Shown in pieces: positions 1-8,712 of a stretch of 64,000 nt of DNA (positions within the stretch are counted from its first letter, which is position 1; each line of letters opens with the position of its first letter). Below the pieces are notes generated by a model that made no database searches, was not told where the DNA came from, and saw only the letters and a program-made list of their open reading frames with translations. Position numbers and translations under genes: made by a program. This DNA comes from Burkholderiaceae bacterium (GTDB lineage Bacteria > Patescibacteriota > Saccharimonadia > Saccharimonadales > AQU-01), in contig JAYVTZ010000001.1 of NCBI GenBank assembly GCA_043788365.1, positions 7,800 through 71,799 on the forward strand, read 5' to 3'.

Positions 1-1
1 A

Positions 2-751
2 GATGTTGTAATTGAGTCGACAGGTTTTTTTGTCGACCCGGCCAAGGCTAGAGCCCACATTGATGCTGGCGCTAAAAAAGTCGTTTTGAGCGCTCCAGCT
101 AAAGGAGATGGTGCCACCACTGTCGTGCTTGGCGTCAACGATAATCAGTTAGAAACAGCAGAAGATATTATTAGTAATGCCTCATGCACAACAAACTGTA
201 TTACTCCAGTTGCAGCGGTAATTGAAAATGCTTTTGGTATCGAAAAAGCTATGATGACAACCGTTCATAGCTATACTGCCAGTCAGAAGCTGCAGGATGC
301 TCCAGCCAAAGATTTGCGTGAAGCCCGCAATGCTGCCGAAAATATCGTACCAACAACTACAGGCGCCTCAATTGCCGCAGCTAAGGCTCTTCCCGCCTTA
401 GCCGGTGTATTTGGTGGTTTGAGTGTTCGTGTCCCAACCCCTGTAGTTTCCTTGGCCGACTTTGTGATTATTACCAAACGGCCAGTTACAGCTGAGGAAG
501 TTAACGAAGTATTTAAAAAGGCCGCCAAAGAACCTTATTATCAGGGTATTTTGGCGGTTACCGAAGAAGAATTAGTCTCAAGAGATTTCATTGGCAATAG
601 CCACTCCGCTATCGTTGATCTTAAGCTAACGGCCGTAGTGGCTGACAATATGTTGAAAGTTGTAGCTTGGTACGATAACGAGTGGGGTTATTCGAATCGG
701 TTAGTTGAAGTCGTCGCTGACACCGGTAAGTTGCTCCATAAGGACGACTAA
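2..751 (+). CDS. gap: glyceraldehyde-3-phosphate dehydrogenase, C-terminal part (5' end outside window)
   Basis: Frame open from nt 2 (DVVIESTGFF...). Active-site SCTTNC and the C-terminal WYDNEWGYS signature are present. Confidence 0.93.
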   Translation, partial: DVVIESTGFFVDPAKARAHIDAGAKKVVLSAPAKGDGATTVVLGVNDNQLETAEDIISNASCTTNCITPVAAVIENAFGIEKAMMTTVHSYTASQKLQDAPAKDLREARNAAENIVPTTTGASIAAAKALPALAGVFGGLSVRVPTPVVSLADFVIITKRPVTAEEVNEVFKKAAKEPYYQGILAVTEEELVSRDFIGNSHSAIVDLKLTAVVADNMLKVVAWYDNEWGYSNRLVEVVADTGKLLHKDD

Positions 752-1200
752 TGCGTATTTATATCGGGGCTGACCACCGCGGCTTTGAACTCAAAGGTAT
801 CATTAAAGACTTCCTAGTTTCTCGTGGTCATGAAGTTATTGATGTCGGCGATGAAAAACTTAATCCAGAAGATGATTATCCGCAGTTTGCTGGCAAATGT
901 GCCATGGCGGTGCTGGGCAGTGATGACCATGGCGCCAGAGGAATTTTGATTTGTAGTAGCGGTCAAGGTATGTGCATCTCGGCTAATCGTTTTAAGGGTA
1001 TTCGGGCAGCACTTGGTCACAGCGTTGAAGCAGCCCGCTCTTCGCGCAACGATGACGATACTAATGTACTTTGTTTACCAGCTGAACTCGAGAAGGATAA
1101 CGCCTGGCAGGATATCGTTACTACATTCTTAGACACACCATTTGCGGCCGCGACTAGGTACATACGTAGGAATAAAGAGATGGACGAGCTAGGCTTTTAA
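751..1200 (+). CDS. rpiB: ribose-5-phosphate isomerase B (RpiB/LacA/LacB family)
   Basis: 149 aa. Motifs IYIGADHRGFELK and ICSSGQGMCISANR. TAATG overlap with the gap stop. Confidence 0.9.
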   Translation: MRIYIGADHRGFELKGIIKDFLVSRGHEVIDVGDEKLNPEDDYPQFAGKCAMAVLGSDDHGARGILICSSGQGMCISANRFKGIRAALGHSVEAARSSRNDDDTNVLCLPAELEKDNAWQDIVTTFLDTPFAAATRYIRRNKEMDELGF

Positions 1201-1833
1201 ATGGCGGTAATTTGCCCAACGGTCACGACTAACGATCCGCACATCTATCGGCAACAGATCGAGAAAATCATTCCCTTTGCTGGTCGGATTCATCTTGATA
1301 TTGCTGACGGCGTGCTGGCCCCTGTTGAACTAATGCCAGTAGATAAGCTTTGGTTACCAGACGGCATTGTTTGTGATATTCACGTCATGTATCAAAATCC
1401 GAGCGCAGTCATCGTTCAGTTAATTAATCTAAAACCAAACCTTGTTGTTCTCCACGCCGAAGCCGATGGTGATTTCTTTGCACTGGCTGCTACCCTTCAC
1501 GCTGCCGACATTAAGGTCGGCCTAGCGTTACTAGCCGAAACAGAAGTCTCGACCATTAAACCAGTACTTGATGTCCTTGACCACGTCTTAGTTTTTAGTG
1601 GCAATCTTGGTCATTTCGGTGGGCACGTTGACCTGTCATTAATTGGTAAGGTCAGCGAGCTCAAAGAACTTAAACCAGAACTAGAAATTGGCTGGGATGG
1701 TGGCATCAATGATGAAAATGCCAGGGCACTAGTAAGTAGCGGAGTTGATGTATTAAATGTCGGTGGCTTTATTCAGAAATCAACGCATCCCGAAAACGCT
1801 TATGCTACACTTATAGCAGCAATAAGTAAGTAG
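1201..1833 (+). CDS. ribulose-phosphate 3-epimerase-like TIM-barrel protein (divergent)
   Basis: 210 aa. IHLDIADG and a C-terminal phosphate-binding G-rich pattern. Position between rpiB and tkt. The N-terminus differs from canonical Rpe. Confidence 0.6.
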   Translation: MAVICPTVTTNDPHIYRQQIEKIIPFAGRIHLDIADGVLAPVELMPVDKLWLPDGIVCDIHVMYQNPSAVIVQLINLKPNLVVLHAEADGDFFALAATLHAADIKVGLALLAETEVSTIKPVLDVLDHVLVFSGNLGHFGGHVDLSLIGKVSELKELKPELEIGWDGGINDENARALVSSGVDVLNVGGFIQKSTHPENAYATLIAAISK

Positions 1834-1845
1834 TTTTTTGTAGCA

Positions 1846-2706
1846 ATGAATAAGAAGTTATCTATCCAAGAACTAGAACTAAAGGCTAATGATATTCGCA
1901 AAGATATTATTAGAATGCTCGAGCACGCCGGTAGCGGTCATAGCGCTGGCCCACTTGATTTGGCCGACATTTTCACCGCTCTTTATTTTGATATTTTAAA
2001 ACACGACCCTAAAAATCCGGGTTGGGACGAGCGCGATTTATTGATTCTCAGCAACGGGCATTGCGCACCGGTACTTTATGCCACGATGGCTAATGCTGGC
2101 TATTTTGAGCGCGAAGAGTTAATGACATTGCGCCAATTTGGCTCAAGACTGCAAGGTCATCCAGAGCGCGAGCGTTTGCCAGGGCTCGAAAATACCAGCG
2201 GTCCACTCGGTTGTGGCCTCAGTCAGGCGGCAGGCATGGCACTGGCCATGCGAATGAATAGCCAGCAGTTGCACCGTTATATTTATGTCGTCATGGGTGA
2301 CGGTGAGCAAAACGAGGGTAATGTTTGGGAGGCGGCCATGCTGGCCTCAAAATATAAGCTCAGCAACATTATTGCCATTACAGATAGAAACAACATTCAG
2401 ATTGATGGCATGACCGAAGACGTTATGCCACTGGAAGACTTAAAAGCCAAATGGGAAGCTTTTGGCTGGTACGTTATTGAAATTGACGGCAACAATATCG
2501 AAGCCTTCATCGATGCGACAGCGATGGGCAGAGCGATAGTCGATAAACCAGTAATGATTATCGCACACACAATTGCCGGTAAGGGTATTGATTTTATGGA
2601 GTATGACTTCCACTGGCACGGCAAACCGCCGAATGCCGACGAGGCAAAACTGGCCTTACATGAACTTCGTACACTGGGTGGCAAGATTAAATCGGAGCAT
2701 GAGTAA
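1846..2706 (+). CDS. transketolase, N-terminal (TPP-binding) subunit
   Basis: 286 aa. Motifs GHSAGPLD and GDGEQNEGNVWEA. Split-gene form. Confidence 0.92.
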   Translation: MNKKLSIQELELKANDIRKDIIRMLEHAGSGHSAGPLDLADIFTALYFDILKHDPKNPGWDERDLLILSNGHCAPVLYATMANAGYFEREELMTLRQFGSRLQGHPERERLPGLENTSGPLGCGLSQAAGMALAMRMNSQQLHRYIYVVMGDGEQNEGNVWEAAMLASKYKLSNIIAITDRNNIQIDGMTEDVMPLEDLKAKWEAFGWYVIEIDGNNIEAFIDATAMGRAIVDKPVMIIAHTIAGKGIDFMEYDFHWHGKPPNADEAKLALHELRTLGGKIKSEHE

Positions 2707-3695
2707 TGACAGATTTATATCTTGTACAAAATTTCCGTGACAAAGACGCTCTCAAAGAGCCGACCCGTAAAGGTTTCGGTAAAGGGCTACTTGAGGCTGG
2801 TAAAAGAAACGAAAATGTAGTGGCTGCCTGCGCCGACCTGACTGATTCGACCCAGATTAGCTTATTCGCTAAAGAGTTTCCTGAACGCTTTGTCGAGATC
2901 GGCATCGCAGAACAAAACCTGGTAACCGTTGGTTCGGGCTTAGCGGCACAAGGTAAGATCCCCTTTGTCAGTAGTTACGCAGCCTTTAGCCCTGGTCGCA
3001 ACTGGGAACAGATTCGTACCACTATCTGTCTTAATAATCAGCCAGTTAAGATTGTTGGCTCTCATGCCGGTCTCTATACCGGTAAAGATGGCGCAACTCA
3101 TCAAATGCTTGAGGATATTGCTCTAATGCGAGTGCTACCAAACATGGTGGTGATTGCCCCTGGTGATTCAGTAGAGGCAGAAAAAGCCACTCTTGCCATG
3201 GCTGAAGATAAAAGACCGAACTATATCCGCTTGGCTCGTGAAGCCACACCGGTGCTGACGACCGATAAAACACCATTTAAGATTGGCAAAGCCTATGTCT
3301 ACGCTGAGGGCACAGACATTACGATTATCAGTACTGGCACAATGACTTACCGAGCGATGGTTGCGGCCGAGATTTTATCGAAAGCAGGTATTGCGGCCGA
3401 AGTCGTTCATGTACCGACTATTAAGCCTTTAGATAATGTAACGATTTTAGCCAGTGCCCGTAAAACAGGAATCATAATTACAATCGAAGAAGCCCAAATC
3501 AACGGTGGACTCGGTGGAGCGGTTGCCGAACTATTGTCAGAAGAGTTACCGACGGCTATGCGCCGCATGGGTATGCGTGACCATTTTGGTGAGTCGGGTA
3601 ACCCAGATGAACTATTTGAACACTTTGGACTGACGTCGAACCAAATCGTATTAAATGCTCATGAACTAGTGAGTGCTAAGAAAGCTAGGAGTTAA
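2706..3695 (+). CDS. transketolase, C-terminal (pyrimidine-binding) subunit
   Basis: 329 aa. EIGIAEQN motif. Start overlaps the N-subunit stop (TAATG). Confidence 0.92.
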   Translation: MTDLYLVQNFRDKDALKEPTRKGFGKGLLEAGKRNENVVAACADLTDSTQISLFAKEFPERFVEIGIAEQNLVTVGSGLAAQGKIPFVSSYAAFSPGRNWEQIRTTICLNNQPVKIVGSHAGLYTGKDGATHQMLEDIALMRVLPNMVVIAPGDSVEAEKATLAMAEDKRPNYIRLAREATPVLTTDKTPFKIGKAYVYAEGTDITIISTGTMTYRAMVAAEILSKAGIAAEVVHVPTIKPLDNVTILASARKTGIIITIEEAQINGGLGGAVAELLSEELPTAMRRMGMRDHFGESGNPDELFEHFGLTSNQIVLNAHELVSAKKARS

Positions 3696-3696
3696 C

Positions 3697-4614
3697 ATGC
3701 CGCTAACCATTGAAGAAATTCGTAACAACTGTCGTTTAGCCCGTGCCGCCATGGAGCGAGCCCGAACCGAACATTTTGCTCTCGGTGCCTTTAATCTCGA
3801 TAACCAAGAGACTTTAATTGCCGTTGTCAGGGCCGCCAAGGCCAAAAACGCACCGGTACTAGTTGAAGTCAGTAAGGGTGAAGTCGATGCGCTTGGGCTT
3901 GATAACGTCCGCGACCTAGTCGATAACTATAAGCGTGACATTGGGGTTGAAATGTACATTAATCTCGACCATTCACCATCTGTTGAGGACGCCAAAGCTG
4001 GTATTGACGCCGGTTTTGAGTTCATTCATATCGATATTTCCCAATCAAATCATGATGCCAGCGAAGACGAGATTATTGCCAAAACTAAAGAGATAGTTGA
4101 GTATGCCAAAAAGACCGGTGCGCTAGTCGAGAGCGAGCCACACTATTTTGGCGGCGGTTCTAACGTTTTCACCGAAGCTTTTGATTATGAAGAGATCCGC
4201 AAAACCTTCAGCACTCCAGAAGGCGCCAAGCACTTTGTTGACGCTAGCGGCGTCGATACTTACGCAGCCGCTATTGGTAACTTGCACGGTAGTTACCCAG
4301 TACCGAAAGTTCTCGATCTTGAATTATTGCAAAGAGTTCGTGATGCGATCGACTGTAACATTAGTCTGCACGGTGGTAGCGATACCCCGGGCAATTACTT
4401 CGTAGAAGCTGTAAAAATCGGCGTTACCAAGGTGAATATTAACTCAGATATGCGTAAAGCCTACCGCACGACCCTCGAAAAGGAACTGCGCGACAACCCG
4501 ACCGAATATGCTGTCATTAAACTGATGGACAAAGTAATTGCTGAGGTCCAAGCCGTGGTTGAAAGCAAGATCGACATGTTTAACTCTAGCGGTAAAGCTA
4601 AAGTTAGTGGCTAG
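3697..4614 (+). CDS. fba: class II fructose-bisphosphate aldolase family protein
   Basis: Motifs NLDHS and HGGSDTP. AGGAG lies upstream of ATG 3697. The track ORF start at 3673 lies inside tkt and was not used. Confidence 0.88.
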   Translation: MPLTIEEIRNNCRLARAAMERARTEHFALGAFNLDNQETLIAVVRAAKAKNAPVLVEVSKGEVDALGLDNVRDLVDNYKRDIGVEMYINLDHSPSVEDAKAGIDAGFEFIHIDISQSNHDASEDEIIAKTKEIVEYAKKTGALVESEPHYFGGGSNVFTEAFDYEEIRKTFSTPEGAKHFVDASGVDTYAAAIGNLHGSYPVPKVLDLELLQRVRDAIDCNISLHGGSDTPGNYFVEAVKIGVTKVNINSDMRKAYRTTLEKELRDNPTEYAVIKLMDKVIAEVQAVVESKIDMFNSSGKAKVSG

Positions 4615-4691
4615 TTTCTAGTAACTCGTATAAGACATCGAGCTCAAAGAACTTTTATACTAGAAACGAGCTACCAGTAATGAGATACTAT
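4611..4691. repeat. heptamer-array inverted pair in the fba-pfkB spacer
   Basis: Reverse arm CTAGTTT CTAGTAA CTCGTAT (4611-4631) includes the fba TAG stop. Forward arm ATACTAG AAACGAG CTACCAG TAATGAG ATACTAT (4657-4691). Confidence 0.8.
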
Positions 4692-4761
4692 TGTGCTTGT
4701 TGCTGAGCGGAATTTATGCAACAATAAGATTAAAGCATAAGCAAATATAAATGGGGGTGGG

Positions 4762-5772
4762 ATGAGCGAACATGGTCAGTTAGACGTACTAGCAATCGGC
4801 GATGTTGTTACCGATGCTTTTGTAAAGTTGCTGGATGACCGTGCCACGACTTATGAAAACGATGAGGGTAAATGGTTGGCAATGCCGTTTGGCACCAAGA
4901 TTCCGTTTGATCACGCCACAATTATTGAAGGCGTTGGTAATGCCGCTAACGCGGCAGTTAGTTTCGCTCGTCTTGGCTTAAAAAGTGGTTTGATTTCAAA
5001 CGTTGGCGCCGATTCGCAAGGCAGAGACATTATTGCCGCCCTGCATAAAAAGGAAGTTGATCCGCGCTTTGTCCATATAAACCCTGGCAAAATCAGCAAC
5101 TATCACTATGTGCTTTGGTATAAAGAAGAACGCACAATACTTATCAAGCATGAAGAATACGACTACCAGTGGCCGCGTTTTCGACCGATTGATATTCCAA
5201 AATGGGTCTACTTTAGCTCAATTAGTAAAAACTCGCTCGACACTTACCATGACCACGTTGCCGAATGGCTTGAAGACAACCCAGAGATTAAATTAGCGTT
5301 TCAGCCCGGAACTTTCCAGCTAGAAGCCGGAGCTGACAGATTAAAGGCGCTCTATCAACGGACTGAAGTTTTAGTCGTCAACCGTGAAGAAGCTGTCAAA
5401 GTTTGTGGCGGCAACTACGATGACTTACACGATTTGCTTAACAAGCTGCACGACCTTGGTCCAAAAGTGGTCGTTATCACCGACGGCCCAGCCGGTGCTT
5501 ACGCCAGTGATGGCGAAAATCGTTTCAAAATGCCATCATATCCCGATCCAGCACCACCATTTGAACGCACAGGCGCTGGCGATGCTTTTGCTAGTACTTT
5601 TGTTGCAGCGCTAATGAAAGGTAAAAGCCTCGAGGAAGCTATGCGTTGGGGGCCAATTAACTCGATGAGCGTGGTTCAGCAAGTTGGTGCCCAAAATGGA
5701 CTCTTAACAGATGAAGATTTAGAAGATCTACTTGCAAAAGCACCTGATTGGTATCACCCAGAACGTTTTTAG
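4762..5772 (+). CDS. PfkB-family carbohydrate kinase (substrate unknown; possibly the cluster's phosphofructokinase)
   Basis: 336 aa. C-terminal TGAGDAF motif of ribokinase/PfkB kinases. G-rich SD upstream. Confidence 0.82.
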   Translation: MSEHGQLDVLAIGDVVTDAFVKLLDDRATTYENDEGKWLAMPFGTKIPFDHATIIEGVGNAANAAVSFARLGLKSGLISNVGADSQGRDIIAALHKKEVDPRFVHINPGKISNYHYVLWYKEERTILIKHEEYDYQWPRFRPIDIPKWVYFSSISKNSLDTYHDHVAEWLEDNPEIKLAFQPGTFQLEAGADRLKALYQRTEVLVVNREEAVKVCGGNYDDLHDLLNKLHDLGPKVVVITDGPAGAYASDGENRFKMPSYPDPAPPFERTGAGDAFASTFVAALMKGKSLEEAMRWGPINSMSVVQQVGAQNGLLTDEDLEDLLAKAPDWYHPERF

Positions 5773-5861
5773 TATCTAGTTTCTGGTAACTTGTTGTTCG
5801 TATAAACCGTTCGTGCAGGCGGCCTAGTACTAGATACTAGGAACGAGCTACTAGATACTGG
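5770..5861. repeat. heptamer-array inverted pair downstream of the pfkB-family kinase
   Basis: Reverse arm at 5776-5803 (CTAGTTT CTGGTAA CTTGTTG TTCGTAT) follows the TAG stop. Forward arm at 5821-5861 (..TACTAG ATACTAG GAACGAG CTACTAG ATACTGG). Confidence 0.8.
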
Positions 5862-5887
5862 GGAGCCTATTCCCAAATAGGCTCCCC
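5860..5887. other. perfect 12-bp stem / 4-nt loop hairpin
   Basis: GGGGAGCCTATT-CCCA-AATAGGCTCCCC, with no flanking T-tract on either strand. Confidence 0.7.
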
Positions 5888-5925
5888 AGATGTTATGCTT
5901 ATGGTAATAGAGTGGGGAAATTCTA

Positions 5926-7164
5926 ATGTCTAGGTTATTGTCAGAATTATTGGGAGCGGGCGAGCCCGGATTTAGCCAGACCATCAGAGAGATGGAGCTA
6001 GCTACTAATTCAAGTGGCATAGACATCAGTTTGTCTACTGACATAAAACTAAAAATTGAGCAAAAATTACGAGAGCTCGGTCTTGACCAAAACGATACAA
6101 ATGGCCCCGAACTTTACCATTCATTGCAGCATTTAGTGTCAAAACATGATTCATTTATTGCCAGCGTACTCGGTATTAACGATGACAGTGGTAGTGTTGA
6201 GGTTTTAGCAAAAGTGAAGGCCAAAATTGAAACACTCAAAATCCCAAAGACTGTATGGGCTCTAAAGCATAGTGTTGCTAAGAAGTTATTAAAACAAAAT
6301 CCGCCAAAACACTTGATGAAGCAGCTAGGTTATCGTTCGGTCGATTCAATGCTTAAGCGTGAGCACGTGTCGGAACTATTTGGTGCTCTCAGATTTGCAG
6401 AAAGTGAACAGTGGCTTGAGCGATTTATAAGAAATTATAAGAAATTAAAATCTCAAGATTTTGAAAGTCGCTTAGTTGAAATATTATTACTTACAGATGA
6501 GCGCTATCAAAGACTAGCACGTGACTTTATAAATAGTCGTGGCTCAAACATCACTCATCTCAAGGAAATGGGTCTAGTGGTCATGTTGCCAATGCCACCC
6601 AATCAGCTCAGAGGCCTAAGCCTGATGATGTTTGTGCTGACTCTGCACAATATTGATGAAGTCAGAGCCTATAGTGCACTATTTAAACTTGAACAGGTGC
6701 GCCCTGATTTTGCGAGTAATTTAGTCAAAACTCTACTATTAGATTCAGGCAATCATGCAAACTTATTTGGTCAGCCAATTCATTGGAAGTTAATAAGAAG
6801 ACATTTTGGGTCTGTAAAATACGATTCATTTCCAGAAGTATTTGAGCCTAATCTTCAACTCGACGACTTACTCTGGCAACATGCCGAAGACACACTCTAT
6901 CATATTGAACCGGCGCTGAAGTTCTGGCATGAAGTCGAGTATGTTGGTTTACCAACTATTGAGGGTGCGGTTTCGTTCAATCTAATCGATAACATCATCA
7001 ATTACTGTAATCATTTTGAGTTTGACCGGCGCATTAACCACCATTTTAGTAGTGAGCTTTGGAATCAATTGTTGTTGCGCTACATGGGTCATAAAAAAGT
7101 CGAGCAACATTTGCTACAGCAGTTAGACAACAGTTTTGCAGACGAAGAATCAATAATCATATAA
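5926..7164 (+). CDS. hypothetical protein, 412 aa, no recognised motif
   Basis: Long uninterrupted ORF with GGGGA upstream of the ATG. 13 nt upstream of the SLOG gene. Confidence 0.8.
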   Translation: MSRLLSELLGAGEPGFSQTIREMELATNSSGIDISLSTDIKLKIEQKLRELGLDQNDTNGPELYHSLQHLVSKHDSFIASVLGINDDSGSVEVLAKVKAKIETLKIPKTVWALKHSVAKKLLKQNPPKHLMKQLGYRSVDSMLKREHVSELFGALRFAESEQWLERFIRNYKKLKSQDFESRLVEILLLTDERYQRLARDFINSRGSNITHLKEMGLVVMLPMPPNQLRGLSLMMFVLTLHNIDEVRAYSALFKLEQVRPDFASNLVKTLLLDSGNHANLFGQPIHWKLIRRHFGSVKYDSFPEVFEPNLQLDDLLWQHAEDTLYHIEPALKFWHEVEYVGLPTIEGAVSFNLIDNIINYCNHFEFDRRINHHFSSELWNQLLLRYMGHKKVEQHLLQQLDNSFADEESIII

Positions 7165-7177
7165 ACTAGGAGCAGAC

Positions 7178-7789
7178 ATGAATTACACAATTTGCGTATC
7201 AGGGGCCGCCGCCGGCAAAACCGTCCAAACTTCAAGTGAACTAGCAGAAAGGGTCGGTACGGCTATAGCTAAAGCCGGCCACATCACTACCACTGGTGCT
7301 ACAGTCGGCTTGCCATATTTTGCCGCCCGAGCCGCTACTAAGGCAGGCGGCATGAGCATTGGCTTCTCGCCAGCTAGTTCGCTACGTGAGCATCTATATA
7401 AGTACCGTTTGCCAATCGGTATCTATGACTTCGTTAACTTCACCGGTATGCACTACGTCGGTCGCGATGTTATGTTAGTTCAATCTAGTGACGCGATCAT
7501 TACCGTTGGTGGCCGTTTTGGCAGTCTGCATGAGTTCACGACTGCCCTAGAGTCAAATATGCCTTGCGGTGTCTTGCTCGGCAGTGGTGGCACGGCCGAC
7601 CTGATTCCTGATCTACTTGATAAGTTAGAAGAACCACACCGCAACTTGATAGTTTTGGATGACGACCCCGAGCGTCTTGTAGCCAAAATTGTTGCCATGC
7701 TCGACACCGAATTTGCTGACATCGATGCTGTAGCTGCCGCCAACCACTGGTTCCTCGACAGTGGCGGTGATAGCAAAGTCAACGGCTAA
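7178..7789 (+). CDS. SLOG/LOG-like Rossmann protein (TIGR00725-like)
   Basis: ICVSGAAAG N-terminus and VGGRFGSLHEFTTAL (GGxGTxxE-like) motif. AGGAG SD. Confidence 0.7.
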   Translation: MNYTICVSGAAAGKTVQTSSELAERVGTAIAKAGHITTTGATVGLPYFAARAATKAGGMSIGFSPASSLREHLYKYRLPIGIYDFVNFTGMHYVGRDVMLVQSSDAIITVGGRFGSLHEFTTALESNMPCGVLLGSGGTADLIPDLLDKLEEPHRNLIVLDDDPERLVAKIVAMLDTEFADIDAVAAANHWFLDSGGDSKVNG

Positions 7790-8103
7790 TCCAAGTACTC
7801 AACAAAATATTGATTAAACGGCGGTACGCTCGTTGCTAACATGTCTGCACTGCCAGTGTCTTGGTAGGGTGTGCCAGCGGGTATGGCCAACATCTCGCCC
7901 TTTCTCAATGTAAAATGCTCACCGTTAACTTCAAATAGAGCTAGACCGGACAGGACTTGATAAGTTGTCGTGGACAAATGGTTAATAGCGCGCCTATTCT
8001 CGCCCCTCAATGCAACACTTACTACAGACAGGTGTGAATCCTCATAAACAGACTCAACCATAATAATCGACTCTTTTTCAGGGGTGGGCATAATTAAAGT
8101 CAC
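7786..8103 (-). CDS. cupin-domain protein
   Basis: 105 aa. Beta-rich cupin-like pattern (YQVLSGLALFEVNGEHFTLRKGEMLAIPAGTPY). Confidence 0.65.
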   Translation of the reverse strand: MTLIMPTPEKESIIMVESVYEDSHLSVVSVALRGENRRAINHLSTTTYQVLSGLALFEVNGEHFTLRKGEMLAIPAGTPYQDTGSADMLATSVPPFNQYFVEYLD

Positions 8104-8115
8104 TATGACACATAA

Positions 8116-8637
8116 TCAGGCACTGGCCAAAATCAGCATACCGGTGCAATACGAGCCGATGATAATCATCTGTAGCCAGTACATTTTACTTCGGTCATAA
8201 TGAGCATACAGGCCTAGTACTACTGGAGTTATTAAGAGTGGGGTGGTTATTAATTTTAAGTTAGGGCTAAAGGGCAAAATAACAGCCGCTGATATGCCCA
8301 CGACTAAATAAATGAACCACATTATATATGAAGTCAGACTATGAAATTTATCAGTTTTGCCCCTAGCAGGAGCTAAAGCTTGGACATATTCAAAGATTAC
8401 CCCAACGAAGGATAAGTCAAACAAGACTCTGGATTGGTAGGTCTGAGTGAACATTTGATGAGTAAAAGCTAAAAATAAGGCCCCGCCAACCAAGTGTGCT
8501 ACTAGATAGATAATGTATGTCAAGTTGTTAGCGGCAGCATTCGCACTCAGCGATGACTTTCGATTTTTTCGCTGCGACCACAAAATATAGGCATGTGCAC
8601 CGTTGACGATTAAGGCCGAAAGCAACATGTAAATCAT
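8116..8637 (-). CDS. integral membrane protein, unknown function
   Basis: 173 aa with about 5 hydrophobic helices. Upstream of the cupin gene on the same strand. Confidence 0.75.
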   Translation of the reverse strand: MIYMLLSALIVNGAHAYILWSQRKNRKSSLSANAAANNLTYIIYLVAHLVGGALFLAFTHQMFTQTYQSRVLFDLSFVGVIFEYVQALAPARGKTDKFHSLTSYIMWFIYLVVGISAAVILPFSPNLKLITTPLLITPVVLGLYAHYDRSKMYWLQMIIIGSYCTGMLILASA

Positions 8638-8697
8638 TAAATTAGCTTATCAGATATCCATACCAATACATAACTGTCGTTATAAGCTATTTATCCC

Positions 8698-8706
8698 TGT
8701 TATAAT
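8698..8706 (+). promoter_or_regulatory. extended -10 box TGTTATAAT, 6 nt upstream of the uvrB ATG (leaderless geometry)
   Basis: Sequence tgttataat gtaggg ATG, with no SD. Confidence 0.5.
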
Positions 8707-8712
8707 GTAGGG

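Noticed and set aside
3673-3696. N-terminally extended starts given by the ORF track: fba 3673, gatC 10749 (TTG), tig 51925 (TTG), ORF 38798 (GTG), ORF 15305 (TTG).
   Set aside because: The internal ATGs are preceded by an SD or -10 signal and give N-termini typical of the families. The extensions overlap upstream genes or use weak alternative starts.
4611-4691. Heptamer arrays considered as a mini-CRISPR or as simple microsatellites.
   Set aside because: The units are 7 nt, directly abutting and degenerate at fixed positions, with no spacers. The same composite modules recur at distant loci in both orientations, which simple slippage would not produce.
5860-5887. Hairpin interpreted as the rho-independent terminator of the kinase gene.
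   Set aside because: No T/U tract follows the stem on either strand. It is kept only as an unexplained structure.
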